Source: an uncultured delta proteobacterium (GTDB taxonomy: Bacteria > Desulfobacterota > Desulfobaccia > Desulfobaccales > 0-14-0-80-60-11). Taken from it: 34,080 bases of DNA. The DNA lies in the NCBI GenBank assembly GCA_963812015.1, contig CAWETI010000005.1, positions 1 to 34,080 of the forward strand, read 5' to 3'. How positions within the stretch are numbered: position 1 is the stretch's first letter; each line of letters opens with the position of its first letter. Under the pieces are notes generated by a model. It worked only from the letters and a program-made list of their open reading frames with translations, was not told where the DNA came from and made no database searches. The translations under genes were made by a program, and so were the position numbers. Of this stretch, positions 9,050 to 17,916 are shown one piece after another.

Positions 9050-9093
9050 ATCATAGCCTCAGCCGGGGCCGCTGTCAACTGGTATGACCAATT
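9050..9093 (-). promoter_or_regulatory. glcD promoter with FadR/PdhR-type operator
   Basis: TTGACA(9078-9073)-17-TATGAT(9055-9050); operator AACTGGTATGACCAATT at 9077-9093. Confidence 0.75.
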
Positions 9094-9154
9094 TAATTTC
9101 CCGAGAAAATCTCGGCCCGGCCAAACGGTCTGATCTTTCAAGGCAGGGCCACCA

Positions 9155-9925
9155 TTAATGGCTCTCACGCGCCGCCGCGGCCTCCCCCGGCTGCACAGGT
9201 TTCGCCTGCCGGCCCCGGACGAAATCCAGGACAAAGGTGATGTGCCGTTGCATGGCGGCGTAGGCCGCCTCGGGGTCATGGTTCTTGATGCCTTGAAAAA
9301 TCTCGGTATGCTGCCGGCCGATTATTTCCAGGTTGGCGGGGTCTTCATAGAGGTAGTGGAGGTTCTCTTTGATGCCATAGTGGAGCAGGTCGTAAAAGGT
9401 CTTCATGATGTGGACCTGCACCGTGTTCTTGGTGGCAAAGGCAATGGCCATGTGAAAGGATACGTCTTCATCGATCCCCAGGCGGCCCGCCCGGTTTTCC
9501 GCCAGCATATGGGTGAGGGCCTTTTCCAGGACCAAAAGGTCTTCGGCGGTGGCCCGCTGGGCCGCCAGGCTCACTGCCTCGCCCTCCAGGCCCATCCTCA
9601 CCTCCAGGAGTTCCTCCAGGGTGGGGTTGTGCCCTTCGATCATGGCGGCCAGGGGATTGAGTCCTCGCCGGTCATCAATGGAGCGCACGAAGGTGCCCTG
9701 CCCCTGGCGGTGCTCCAGGAGGCCCATGGTCACCAGTTGCTTGATGGCCTCCCGGACCGTGGGGCGGCTCACCCCCAGGGCCTGGGCCAACTCCCGCTCG
9801 GGCATGAGCTGCTCCCCGGGCTTGAGCTGGCCCCGGAAGATGAGGTCGCGGATCTGCTCATAGGCCTGGTCCGACACCCGTTTGACCTTAATGGGCTTCA
9901 GCAACACCGCCATAATTTCCCCCAT
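9155..9925 (-). CDS. GntR/FadR-family regulator (LldR/PdhR/LutR-like)
   Basis: LKPGEQLMPERELAQALGVSRPTVREA...RQGQGTFV; FCD domain with DVSFHMAIA. Confidence 0.92.
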   Translation of the reverse strand: MGEIMAVLLKPIKVKRVSDQAYEQIRDLIFRGQLKPGEQLMPERELAQALGVSRPTVREAIKQLVTMGLLEHRQGQGTFVRSIDDRRGLNPLAAMIEGHNPTLEELLEVRMGLEGEAVSLAAQRATAEDLLVLEKALTHMLAENRAGRLGIDEDVSFHMAIAFATKNTVQVHIMKTFYDLLHYGIKENLHYLYEDPANLEIIGRQHTEIFQGIKNHDPEAAYAAMQRHITFVLDFVRGRQAKPVQPGEAAAARESH

Positions 9926-9959
9926 GCACCCAGAACTTCTGCCCCGGTGAATTTTTCCC

Positions 9960-10055
9960 TTGACAACTATTTAGCGGTTTCATACTATTTTGTCAAGTGG
10001 TAAGACCAATATATAAAGACGCACATTTCGAGCCTAATGACTGCTGGTCTGACCA
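9960..10055 (+). promoter_or_regulatory. Divergent promoter region with two FadR/PdhR-type operators
   Basis: TTGACA(9960)-17-TACTAT; boxes TGGTAAGACCA (9998-10008) and TGGTCTGACCA (10045-10055). Confidence 0.75.
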
Positions 10056-10119
10056 ATTAAGCGAGCGGCCCGGCCGGACCCGCCAGGCTGCCCACCCTTC
10101 ACCCGGAGGCAGGTAAACT

Positions 10120-10674
10120 ATGGGGCCACAGAGTGAGTTGGAGCTCTTTAAGGAAAAGGCCGCGGCCGTCCAGGTAGTGATCGAAGATATCCCGGACATG
10201 CCCGCAGCCTTCGATTATGCCGTCGATCTTACCACAAAGCAGGGGGGCAAGGCCATGGCGGCCTTCGGTTGGCAGGGCAAACCCCGGGGGCTTTTGGAGG
10301 CCGCCTGCGCCCGGGCCGGCGTGAGCCTCGTGGCGGACAACCTGCGGGAGCACGCGGACCTGCACACGGCCCTCACCCTGGCCGACTGGGGCATCGCCGA
10401 GACCGGCAGCCTGGTCTTGGACTCCCGCTCCGAAGACCTGCGACTGGCCACCATGCTGGCGGAAACCCACGTGGCGGTTTTACCCTTATCCCGCCTGCAG
10501 CCCGATTCCCTGGCCCTGGAAGCTGAGATGCGCCGCCGGATGGCCTCGCCCCCCAGTTACCTGGCTTTCATTACCGGGGCCTCCCGCACCGCCGACATCG
10601 AGCGGGTCCTCACCATCGGCGTCCACGGTCCTCAGGAATTGCACGTACTCATTTTAGAGGACCGGAAATCATGA
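10120..10674 (+). CDS. lutC: Lactate utilisation protein C (LUD domain)
   Basis: GIAETGSLV and FITGASRTADIERVLTIGVHGP. Confidence 0.9.
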   Translation: MGPQSELELFKEKAAAVQVVIEDIPDMPAAFDYAVDLTTKQGGKAMAAFGWQGKPRGLLEAACARAGVSLVADNLREHADLHTALTLADWGIAETGSLVLDSRSEDLRLATMLAETHVAVLPLSRLQPDSLALEAEMRRRMASPPSYLAFITGASRTADIERVLTIGVHGPQELHVLILEDRKS

Positions 10675-12842
10675 TCGACACGGCCCAAAATCTCCAGGAA
10701 TACAAAAAGCGTCTGAAGCAGGCCCTGGATAACAAATTTCTGCGCTCGGCCATGGGAACCTTTGCCACCGCTTATAAAGACGCCCAGGCCCGGATCTTCC
10801 AGGGAGTGGACGTCGAGGCCCTGCGCCGGGAAATCGCCCGGGGCAAGGACGAGGCCTTACCTCGCCTGGAAGAGCTGTATGAGACCTTCAAGGCCCGGGC
10901 CGAAGCCGCCGGGGCCAAGGTGCACCTGGCCGCCACCGCGCATGAGGCCAACGCGATCATCGCCGCCATCGCCCAGGAGCACCAGGTGCGCAAGGTGGTC
11001 AAATCCAAGTCCATGACCGCAGAAGAGACCTTCCTCAATCACCACCTGGAGGCCGAAGGCCTGGAGGTGGTGGAAACGGACCTGGGGGAGTGGATCATCC
11101 AACTGCGCCACGAAGGGCCCTCCCACATGGTCATGCCCGCCATCCATCTGTCCCGGCAGGAGGTGGCGGATTTGTTCGCCCAAGTCACCGGCGAGCCCCA
11201 GGAACCCGACATCGGCAACCTGGTGAAGGTGGCCCGCCAGGAGTTGCGCAAGGCCTTCCTGACCGCGGACATGGGGATTTCCGGGGCCAACTTCGCCATC
11301 GCCGAGACCGGCACCCTGGGCATCATCAGCAACGAAGGCAATGCCCGCCTGGTTACCACCCTGCCCCGGGTCCACGTGGCCCTGGTGGGAGTGGACAAAC
11401 TGCTCCCCGATCTGCACGCCGCCCTGCGCATTCTCAAAATTCTGCCTCCCCGGGCCACCGGCCAGACCATCACCTCTTACGTCTCCTGGATCACCGGGGC
11501 CAACGAGTGCCGCCCCGGCCCCGGCGGCAAGAAGGAGATGCACATCGTTTTTCTGGACAACGGCCGCCTGGCCCTGTCCCGGGACCCGGTATTTTCCCAG
11601 GCCCTGCGCTGCGTGCGCTGCGGCTCCTGCGCCAATGTCTGCCCCATCTACGGCCTGGTGGGCGGCCACAACTACGGCCACGTCTACATCGGGGCCATCG
11701 GCCTGATCTTGACTTACTTCTACCATGGGCGGGCCAACGCCCGGGCCATCGTCCAGAACTGTCTCAATTGCCAGGCCTGCAAGGCGGTGTGCCCGGCGGG
11801 CATCGACCTGCCCCGCCTCATCAAGGAAGTGCACGGGGAAATCCTGGCCCAGGAAGGCGCCAAACCCCTGAAAAACCGGCTCCTGGGCCGGGTCCTGCAG
11901 AACCGGCGCCTCTTTCACTTCCTGCTGCGCCGGGCTTCCTTGGCCCAAAAACCCCTGACCCGGGGGGGCGACATGATCCGGCACCTGCCCTTCTTCTTCG
12001 GCAAGGAACACGGCTTCCGGAGCCTGCCCGCCATTGCCCGCATCCCTTTCCGGGACCGCTGGCAGAATTTTTATCAGCCCCCGGCCCATCCCCGTTACCG
12101 GGTGGGGCTCTTCGGCGGCTGCCTGGTGGACTTCGTCTACCCGGAGCAGGGTGAGGCGCTCTTAAAACTCCTCCAGGACCACCAGGTTCAGGTGGACTAC
12201 CCCCAGGGCCAGACCTGCTGCGGCCTGCCCGCCAAGATGATGGGGGAGCCGGAGATCGCCAAAGAGGTGGCCCGCCAGAACCTGGCGGCCCTGGACCCGG
12301 CGGACTACGACTACATCCTGACCCTGTGCGCCTCCTGCGGCTCCCACTTGAAAGAGGCCTATCCCCAACTCCTGGCAAAGGAGGCGGGCCTCGGCGTCAA
12401 GGCCAAACAGTTCGCCACTAAGGTCATTGACTTCAGCTCGTTCATGACCGACGTGCTCAAGGTCAAGCCGGAGCAGTTCCTGGCCGGGGGCCGGAAAGTG
12501 GCCTACCACGCCCCCTGCCACCTGTGCCGGGGTATGGGGGTGATGGCCGCGCCCCGGGACCTGCTCAAGACCGTGGGTCTGGAATACCTGCCGGCCCGGG
12601 ACGAAGACGTGTGCTGCGGCATGGCGGGGAGCTATTCGGTGGACTTCCCCGAGCTTTCGGCGGAGCTGCTCAAGAAAAAGCTGGACGCGGTGGCGGAGAC
12701 CGGGGCCGAGCTCCTGGTGACCGACTGCCCCGGTTGCGTGCTGCAACTGAAGGGCGGCATGGACAAGCGCGGCGGCAAGGTGAAGGTGATGCACATCGCC
12801 GAAGCCGTGGCGGAGGCCAAGAAAGATCCTCAGCAGCATTGA
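10671..12842 (+). CDS. L-lactate dehydrogenase Fe-S large subunit (LutB domain fused to CCG domains, LldH/LdhH-like)
   Basis: VKSKSMTAEE, ETDLGEWIIQL, PSHMVMPAIH, CVRCGSCANVCP, CLNCQACKAVCP and C-terminal CCG domains. Confidence 0.9.
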   Translation: MIDTAQNLQEYKKRLKQALDNKFLRSAMGTFATAYKDAQARIFQGVDVEALRREIARGKDEALPRLEELYETFKARAEAAGAKVHLAATAHEANAIIAAIAQEHQVRKVVKSKSMTAEETFLNHHLEAEGLEVVETDLGEWIIQLRHEGPSHMVMPAIHLSRQEVADLFAQVTGEPQEPDIGNLVKVARQELRKAFLTADMGISGANFAIAETGTLGIISNEGNARLVTTLPRVHVALVGVDKLLPDLHAALRILKILPPRATGQTITSYVSWITGANECRPGPGGKKEMHIVFLDNGRLALSRDPVFSQALRCVRCGSCANVCPIYGLVGGHNYGHVYIGAIGLILTYFYHGRANARAIVQNCLNCQACKAVCPAGIDLPRLIKEVHGEILAQEGAKPLKNRLLGRVLQNRRLFHFLLRRASLAQKPLTRGGDMIRHLPFFFGKEHGFRSLPAIARIPFRDRWQNFYQPPAHPRYRVGLFGGCLVDFVYPEQGEALLKLLQDHQVQVDYPQGQTCCGLPAKMMGEPEIAKEVARQNLAALDPADYDYILTLCASCGSHLKEAYPQLLAKEAGLGVKAKQFATKVIDFSSFMTDVLKVKPEQFLAGGRKVAYHAPCHLCRGMGVMAAPRDLLKTVGLEYLPARDEDVCCGMAGSYSVDFPELSAELLKKKLDAVAETGAELLVTDCPGCVLQLKGGMDKRGGKVKVMHIAEAVAEAKKDPQQH

Positions 12843-12938
12843 GCCGGGCGGGGTGACCCATGGCCACGGGCCGGGTTCGCACCCTTTAGCATATTCATCC
12901 ACCAGAAATACTATTTTCCTTTAACGGAGGGTAAGTTG

Positions 12939-14564
12939 ATGACCTGGTTGCAACATTACAACCCCTTGGGGAGCCTGGGCCTATCCGCCATCGTGGCGGC
13001 CATCCCGCTGTTCATCCTGCTGTATATGCTGGGGATTCGCCGTTCCAAAGGGCACTATGCGGCGTTCTTCGCCACCCTGGCGGCGGTGTTGCTGGCCATC
13101 ATCGTTTGGGGCATGCCGGTGGGCCACGCGGTTTCGGCGACGTTGTATGGGGCGGCCTTCGGCATCTTCCCCATCGTCTGGATCGTGGTCACGGCCATCT
13201 GGGTGTACAACATGACGGTGGAATGCGGCGACTTTGAAATCATTAAAAACTCCCTGGCCTGCGTCACCGATGACCGCCGCCTCCAGGCCCTGTTCATCGC
13301 CTTTGCCTTCGGGTCTTTCATCGAAGGCACCGCCGGGTTCGGCACCCCCGTGGCCATCACCGCGGCCATGCTGGTGGGGCTGGGGTTCAACGCCCGCTAT
13401 GCCGCCGGCGTCTGCCTCATCGCCAACACCGCCCCCGTGGCCTTTGGCGCCATCGGCATTCCCATCGTGGTGGCCGCGGGCGTCACCGGCCTGGACATGA
13501 TGCACATCAGCAAGATCGTCGGGCGGCAGTTGCCCTTCCTCTCCCTGATCGTGCCCCTGTGGCTGTCGGTGACCATGAGCGGCTGGAAGCGGTCCATGGA
13601 AGTTTTGCCCGCCATCATCGTGGCGGGTCTGTGTTTCGCGGTTTCCCAGTTCGTGGTTTCCAACTTCGTGGGCCCTTATCTGCCGGACATCATTTCGGCC
13701 GTGGTCACCATCATCGGCCTGGGAATTTTTCTGCGCCTCTGGAAACCCAAAGCGGTCTTTCACTTTGCCGATGAAAAGCCCACCGGGCCGGTGACCTGTC
13801 AGTTTTCGGCCGGCGAAGTGATCCGAGCCTGGGCGCCTTACGTCATCCTGGCCATCATGGTCTTTTTGTGGGGGCTGGAATCGGTGAAGGATGTTCTCAA
13901 GCCTTTCGGCACCAGTTTCTCCTGGCCCCTGCTCCACAACCTGGTGATCAAGACCGCGCCCATCGTCGCCAAGAATGCCCCCTACCCCGCAGTGTATATG
14001 GTCAACCTCGGCTCCGCCGCCGGCACCGCCATCTTCATCGCCGGCTTGCTCTCGGTCCTGATCATGCCCAAGTACGGCTTCGGCCGGGCCTTTGCCTGCC
14101 TGGGCCGGACCATCTACCTGCTGCGCTTCCCCATCCTCACCATCTCTTTGATTCTGGGCCTGGCCTTCATCATGAACTACTCCGGCATGAGCTCCACCTT
14201 GGGGCTGGCCTTTACCGCCGCCGGCGCCCTGTTCCCCTTCTTCTCGCCCTTTCTGGGTTGGGTGGGCGTTTTCCTCACCGGGTCGGACACCTCCTCCAAC
14301 GCCCTGTTCACCTCCCTGCAAAAGACCACGGCCCAGCAGATCGGGGTGGACCCCAACCTGATGGTGGCCGCCAACTCCAGCGGCGGCGTCACCGGCAAGA
14401 TGATCTCACCCCAATCCATCGCGGTGGCCTGCGCCGCCACCGGCCTGGTGGGCGAAGAAGGGGCCATCTTCCGCTGGACCCTCTTCCACAGCATGGGCAT
14501 GTGCACCATCATTGCCGTGCTTACCCTGCTCCAGGCCTACTGGCTCAAGTTCATGCTGCCGTAA
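12939..14564 (+). CDS. lldP: L-lactate permease
   Basis: Polytopic membrane protein; FIEGTAGFGTPVA, GVFLTGSDTSSNALF and GKMISPQSIAVA. Confidence 0.95.
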   Translation: MTWLQHYNPLGSLGLSAIVAAIPLFILLYMLGIRRSKGHYAAFFATLAAVLLAIIVWGMPVGHAVSATLYGAAFGIFPIVWIVVTAIWVYNMTVECGDFEIIKNSLACVTDDRRLQALFIAFAFGSFIEGTAGFGTPVAITAAMLVGLGFNARYAAGVCLIANTAPVAFGAIGIPIVVAAGVTGLDMMHISKIVGRQLPFLSLIVPLWLSVTMSGWKRSMEVLPAIIVAGLCFAVSQFVVSNFVGPYLPDIISAVVTIIGLGIFLRLWKPKAVFHFADEKPTGPVTCQFSAGEVIRAWAPYVILAIMVFLWGLESVKDVLKPFGTSFSWPLLHNLVIKTAPIVAKNAPYPAVYMVNLGSAAGTAIFIAGLLSVLIMPKYGFGRAFACLGRTIYLLRFPILTISLILGLAFIMNYSGMSSTLGLAFTAAGALFPFFSPFLGWVGVFLTGSDTSSNALFTSLQKTTAQQIGVDPNLMVAANSSGGVTGKMISPQSIAVACAATGLVGEEGAIFRWTLFHSMGMCTIIAVLTLLQAYWLKFMLP

Positions 14565-14574
14565 ACATGATATA

Positions 14575-14696
14575 TTGGGGAGGGGGCTAAGGGCTTTTTC
14601 GTAAGTGCCCTTACCCCCTCCCCAAACCCCACCCCCAATCCCCTACAGGGGTTCAAGGAAAGGGCCACAAAAAATTTCCCCGGCCTTTCCCTCAAA
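14575..14696. mobile_element. Short double-hairpin MITE-like repeat, copy 1
   Basis: Same architecture as 29659-29791: TTGGG..GGGGGC...CCCCCTC.CCAA, then CACCCCCAAyCCCyTACAGGGG, then a second hairpin ending CCCTCAAA. Confidence 0.6.
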
Positions 14697-14720
14697 AGCT
14701 TTTTCAAGAGGAGAACCACC

Positions 14721-15152
14721 ATGAACATCACCGTAACCCCCGGTCGCAAAATCATCGGCAGGCTGGCCAAGGGGGAGGACCTGTTGGCGGCCCTGGAGAA
14801 GGTCGCCCGGGAGCATGGCATCACTTTGGGAGAGGTGCAGGCCATCGGCGCGGTCAGCCAGGCCCGGGTGGGCTACTATAAACAGGCGGAGCGCAAATAT
14901 TACTTCCTCGACCTCACGCGTCCCCTGGAGATTTTGTGCCTTACCGGCAATATTTCCTTAAAGGACGGGAACCCCATGGTCCATGCCCACGTCACCTTGT
15001 CCGATGGCGACGGGCGGGCCTTCGGAGGCCATTTGGCCGAAGGCACCCTGGTCTTTGCCTGCGAATTCGCCATCCAGGAATACCAGTCGGCCACGGCGCT
15101 GGTGCGCCAGATGGATGACCCCACCGGCCTGTTCCTCTGGCCTTATAGGTAA
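14721..15152 (+). CDS. PPC/DUF296 domain protein
   Basis: RLAKGEDLL, AIGAVS, EILCLTGNIS, HAHVTLSD and FGGHL. Confidence 0.88.
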   Translation: MNITVTPGRKIIGRLAKGEDLLAALEKVAREHGITLGEVQAIGAVSQARVGYYKQAERKYYFLDLTRPLEILCLTGNISLKDGNPMVHAHVTLSDGDGRAFGGHLAEGTLVFACEFAIQEYQSATALVRQMDDPTGLFLWPYR

Positions 15153-15236
15153 GCGCGGCTCCGGGAATAAAAGAGTGATCTTAATTTTCCCTCCTTTCGA
15201 TGGGGGAGGGCCAGGGTGCATCAGGAGGAATGATCG

Positions 15237-16256
15237 ATGAACTTGGCGGAATTACGGGAAAACGCTAAAGAAAAACTTAAGGGTTATTGCCGGGTCTGTC
15301 CGATCTGCAACGGCCGGTCCTGTGCCGGCGAAGTGCCGGGCATGGGCGGCGTCGGTACGGGCAGCGCTTTTGCGGCCAATCTGGAAGCCTTGAGCCGGCA
15401 TCGTTTCAATATGCGGGCGATACATGATGTCAAGGCGCCGGATACCTCGTTCGAGCTCTGGGGAGAAAAGCTCTCCATGCCCATTCTGGCCGCGCCGTTG
15501 ACCGGGGTTACCTACAACATGGGCGGGCAAATCTCGGAAGAAAGTTTCATCCAGGAAATCATGGCAGGCTGCCGGCTGGCCGGCACCCTGGGCATGTGCG
15601 GCGATGGCGCCGATCCGGAAATGTATAATGGTGGCCTGAAAGCCGTGGCCGAGCATAACGGCAAGGGCATCCCGGTTGCCAAACCCCGGGAACAGGGGGA
15701 AGCTATCAAACGCCTCAAGGGGGCCGAAGCCGCCGGGGCCCTGGCCGTGGGCATGGATATAGACGGGGCCGGCCTCATTACCATGGCCCTCAAAGGCCAA
15801 CCCGTCGGTCCCAAAAGCTTTGAGGAGATCAAGGAACTGATTGGGGCGACGCGGCTGCCGGTTATCCTCAAGGGGGTCATGACCCCTGAGGAAGCGGACC
15901 TGGCCCTGGCCGCCGGGGCCGCGGCGATCGTGGTCTCCAACCATGGGGGGCGGGTCCTGGATCACACCCCCGGGGCGGCCGAGGTTCTGCCTGACATCGC
16001 GGCTCGAGTCCAGGGCAGATTGCTCATTTTGGCTGACGGCGGGGTGCGTTCCGGCAGCGATGTCCTCAAACTCCTGGCTTTAGGGGCCGACGCGGTTCTC
16101 GTCGGTCGCCCGCTGGTTATCGGGGTCATGGGCGGTGGCCGGGAAGGGGTGGCCTTTTTACTGAATAAATTGAAAAGCGAGCTTATCCAAGCGATGCTCT
16201 TGACCGGCGCTGCGGATGTCAAAACGGTGCCCCGGGCCATTCTCTTTGGCGGTTAA
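15237..16256 (+). CDS. FMN-dependent alpha-hydroxy-acid (L-lactate) dehydrogenase, with N-terminal Cys motif
   Basis: CRVCPICNGRSC, ILKGVMT, VVSNHGGRVLD, DGGVRSGSDV and LVGRP. Confidence 0.9.
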   Translation: MNLAELRENAKEKLKGYCRVCPICNGRSCAGEVPGMGGVGTGSAFAANLEALSRHRFNMRAIHDVKAPDTSFELWGEKLSMPILAAPLTGVTYNMGGQISEESFIQEIMAGCRLAGTLGMCGDGADPEMYNGGLKAVAEHNGKGIPVAKPREQGEAIKRLKGAEAAGALAVGMDIDGAGLITMALKGQPVGPKSFEEIKELIGATRLPVILKGVMTPEEADLALAAGAAAIVVSNHGGRVLDHTPGAAEVLPDIAARVQGRLLILADGGVRSGSDVLKLLALGADAVLVGRPLVIGVMGGGREGVAFLLNKLKSELIQAMLLTGAADVKTVPRAILFGG

Positions 16257-16419
16257 TAAGCGGGCCGGGGAATAAGGAGCCTAATCGTCAGGGCGGGTCT
16301 AACCCCCGCCCTTTCTCGTGCCGAGGTAACCGATTAATTGCCCAGATTAAGCTCTCGTTCCTAAACTCCTGCCGGGGACGCCCCTCGGGCCCTGCCCCGG
16401 GAGAACCGTCTGCTTCCCT

Positions 16420-16782
16420 CTAGGGTAAGGACGTGCCACCGTTTAGCCGAACTGAGCCGGCACCCTCGCCCAAAATCACTTCCCGGACCAGGGGAGCCAC
16501 TTCCCGGCGCACCGCCTCGAGGCTGGCTTGACCCTCGGGGGTAATTTCATAGTATTTGCGCACCCGCCCCTTATAAACCCTGAGACGCGAGGCCAGCAAG
16601 CCCGCCTGCTCCAGCTGATGGAGGAGGGGATAGAGGCTGCCCGGGCTGATGCGGTAGCCTTTCTCCCCCAGGAATTTGCTCAGCCGGCCGCCATACACCG
16701 GCCCCTGGGAGGCCCGGTGCAGGACCACCAGCCGGGTCAGGCCCTGCCAGAACGATTGGCAAATCTGGTTTTTATCCGTCAC
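16420..16782 (-). CDS. PadR-family transcriptional regulator
   Basis: YG..L, ISPGSLYPLLHQLEQAGLL and RKYYEITPEG. Confidence 0.9.
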   Translation of the reverse strand: MTDKNQICQSFWQGLTRLVVLHRASQGPVYGGRLSKFLGEKGYRISPGSLYPLLHQLEQAGLLASRLRVYKGRVRKYYEITPEGQASLEAVRREVAPLVREVILGEGAGSVRLNGGTSLP

Positions 16783-16788
16783 AGATCG

Positions 16789-16806
16789 ATTATAGATATA
16801 TATCGG
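16789..16806 (-). promoter_or_regulatory. Palindromic box CCGATATATATC abutting the padR -10 element
   Basis: Minus strand CCGATATATATC-TATAAT-CGATCT-GTG; the same 12-mer occurs at 19302-19313. Confidence 0.55.
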
Positions 16807-16899
16807 TTAGCTAACCTATAGGCTGCGGTTGATTTTTCGTTATTTTTCACTTAGGTTACGGTTAGCATAAGGTTGTCATCGGGTTAAAGGAGGGATCCC

Positions 16900-17202
16900 A
16901 TGGCTCTGATGGATGATGGTTTGAAAGGCGCCGTGCCCAGCATCCTGGTGGTTTTGGGGGTGGCCATGGCCGCGCCCATAGTCCTGCCGGCGGTGGCGGC
17001 GGTGTCCCGTCCCCTGGCCAAGACTTTGATCAAGGGATATCTGGTGCTGGCCGATACCATTAAGGAGTTTGCCGCGGAAGCCGGGGAGCAGGTGGGTGAC
17101 CTGGTCGCGGAAGTCAAAGCCGAGCGGGCGGCTACGGTTGGCGCGACGGTGGCGGCTGCGGCGGCGGCTGCCAAGGGCACCAAGACCAAGGCATCCGGTT
17201 AA
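16900..17202 (+). CDS. DUF5132-like small membrane protein
   Basis: RBS AGGAGG; hydrophobic ILVVLGVAMAAPIVLPAVA followed by RPLAKTLIKG...EAGEQVGDLVAEVKAE. Confidence 0.75.
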   Translation: MALMDDGLKGAVPSILVVLGVAMAAPIVLPAVAAVSRPLAKTLIKGYLVLADTIKEFAAEAGEQVGDLVAEVKAERAATVGATVAAAAAAAKGTKTKASG

Positions 17203-17455
17203 GCCCCGGGAAGAGCACGCGCCCTGCCGGAGATTCAGGCGGGTTGGGCCAGGCCGTTCACCGGCAGTATCCGGTTAGGCGTGGCCCGGGTGAAGATGTG
17301 GGAGACGGAGGCTTATGTGCCCCGGTCCGGTGGACATCGGTTTGCCCGGAGACTGAGCCTTAGGGGATTGAAAAATCGCAAATATCATCTGACCAGCAAG
17401 AACCACCATGAAGCCAAGTGCTGGTCCATCATTCGCGAAGCGAGCCTGGCTGCCA

Positions 17456-17575
17456 TCAGGGGAACTCTTCGCAGTTTTCCCGCACCCCGCAATCCTGGCA
17501 CCGGGTCTGGCCCCACAGGATAGTCCCCAGACTCCCCAGAACTCCACCCCCCACAAAGAAGATTACATACCACAT
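17456..17575 (-). CDS. 39-aa membrane peptide with Cys-rich tail (below ORF-track cutoff)
   Basis: GAGGAGG RBS 6 nt before ATG; MWYVIFFVGGGVLGSLGTILWGQTRCQDCGVRENCEEFP*. Confidence 0.6.
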   Translation of the reverse strand: MWYVIFFVGGGVLGSLGTILWGQTRCQDCGVRENCEEFP

Positions 17576-17916
17576 ACCCGGCCTCCTCAGGTTACCCTTG
17601 CCGATCACCGCGCCTCAGGGCGCCGCCGTTAAGTCCAGCCCGTGAATCTTATTTTCCCTGCTTATATTTGTAAAAGGACAATATTACCGGTTAATGTCAA
17701 CTTGGTTAATATTTGGTTAATTTTAATCAATGCTGATTCTAACGGTCTCAGGCCCTAAATAATCCCTGAGGAAAATCACTTCCCTTAGCCGGGTGTTTGT
17801 GGCATACTCAAGGACATCAAGCCGGGTAATTTAACGGCGCGTTGTTATTAGACGCGAATCAAGCTTTGGGCTGGCTTTGGGGTTATCCGTAAATGATGAT
17901 TAGAGGATAAAAGCCT

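Noticed and set aside
17760..17860. Possible riboswitch upstream of phoH (hairpins, repeated AGCCGGGT)
   Set aside because: I could not match it to any riboswitch consensus and it is compatible with a plain promoter; an Rfam cmscan would settle it.
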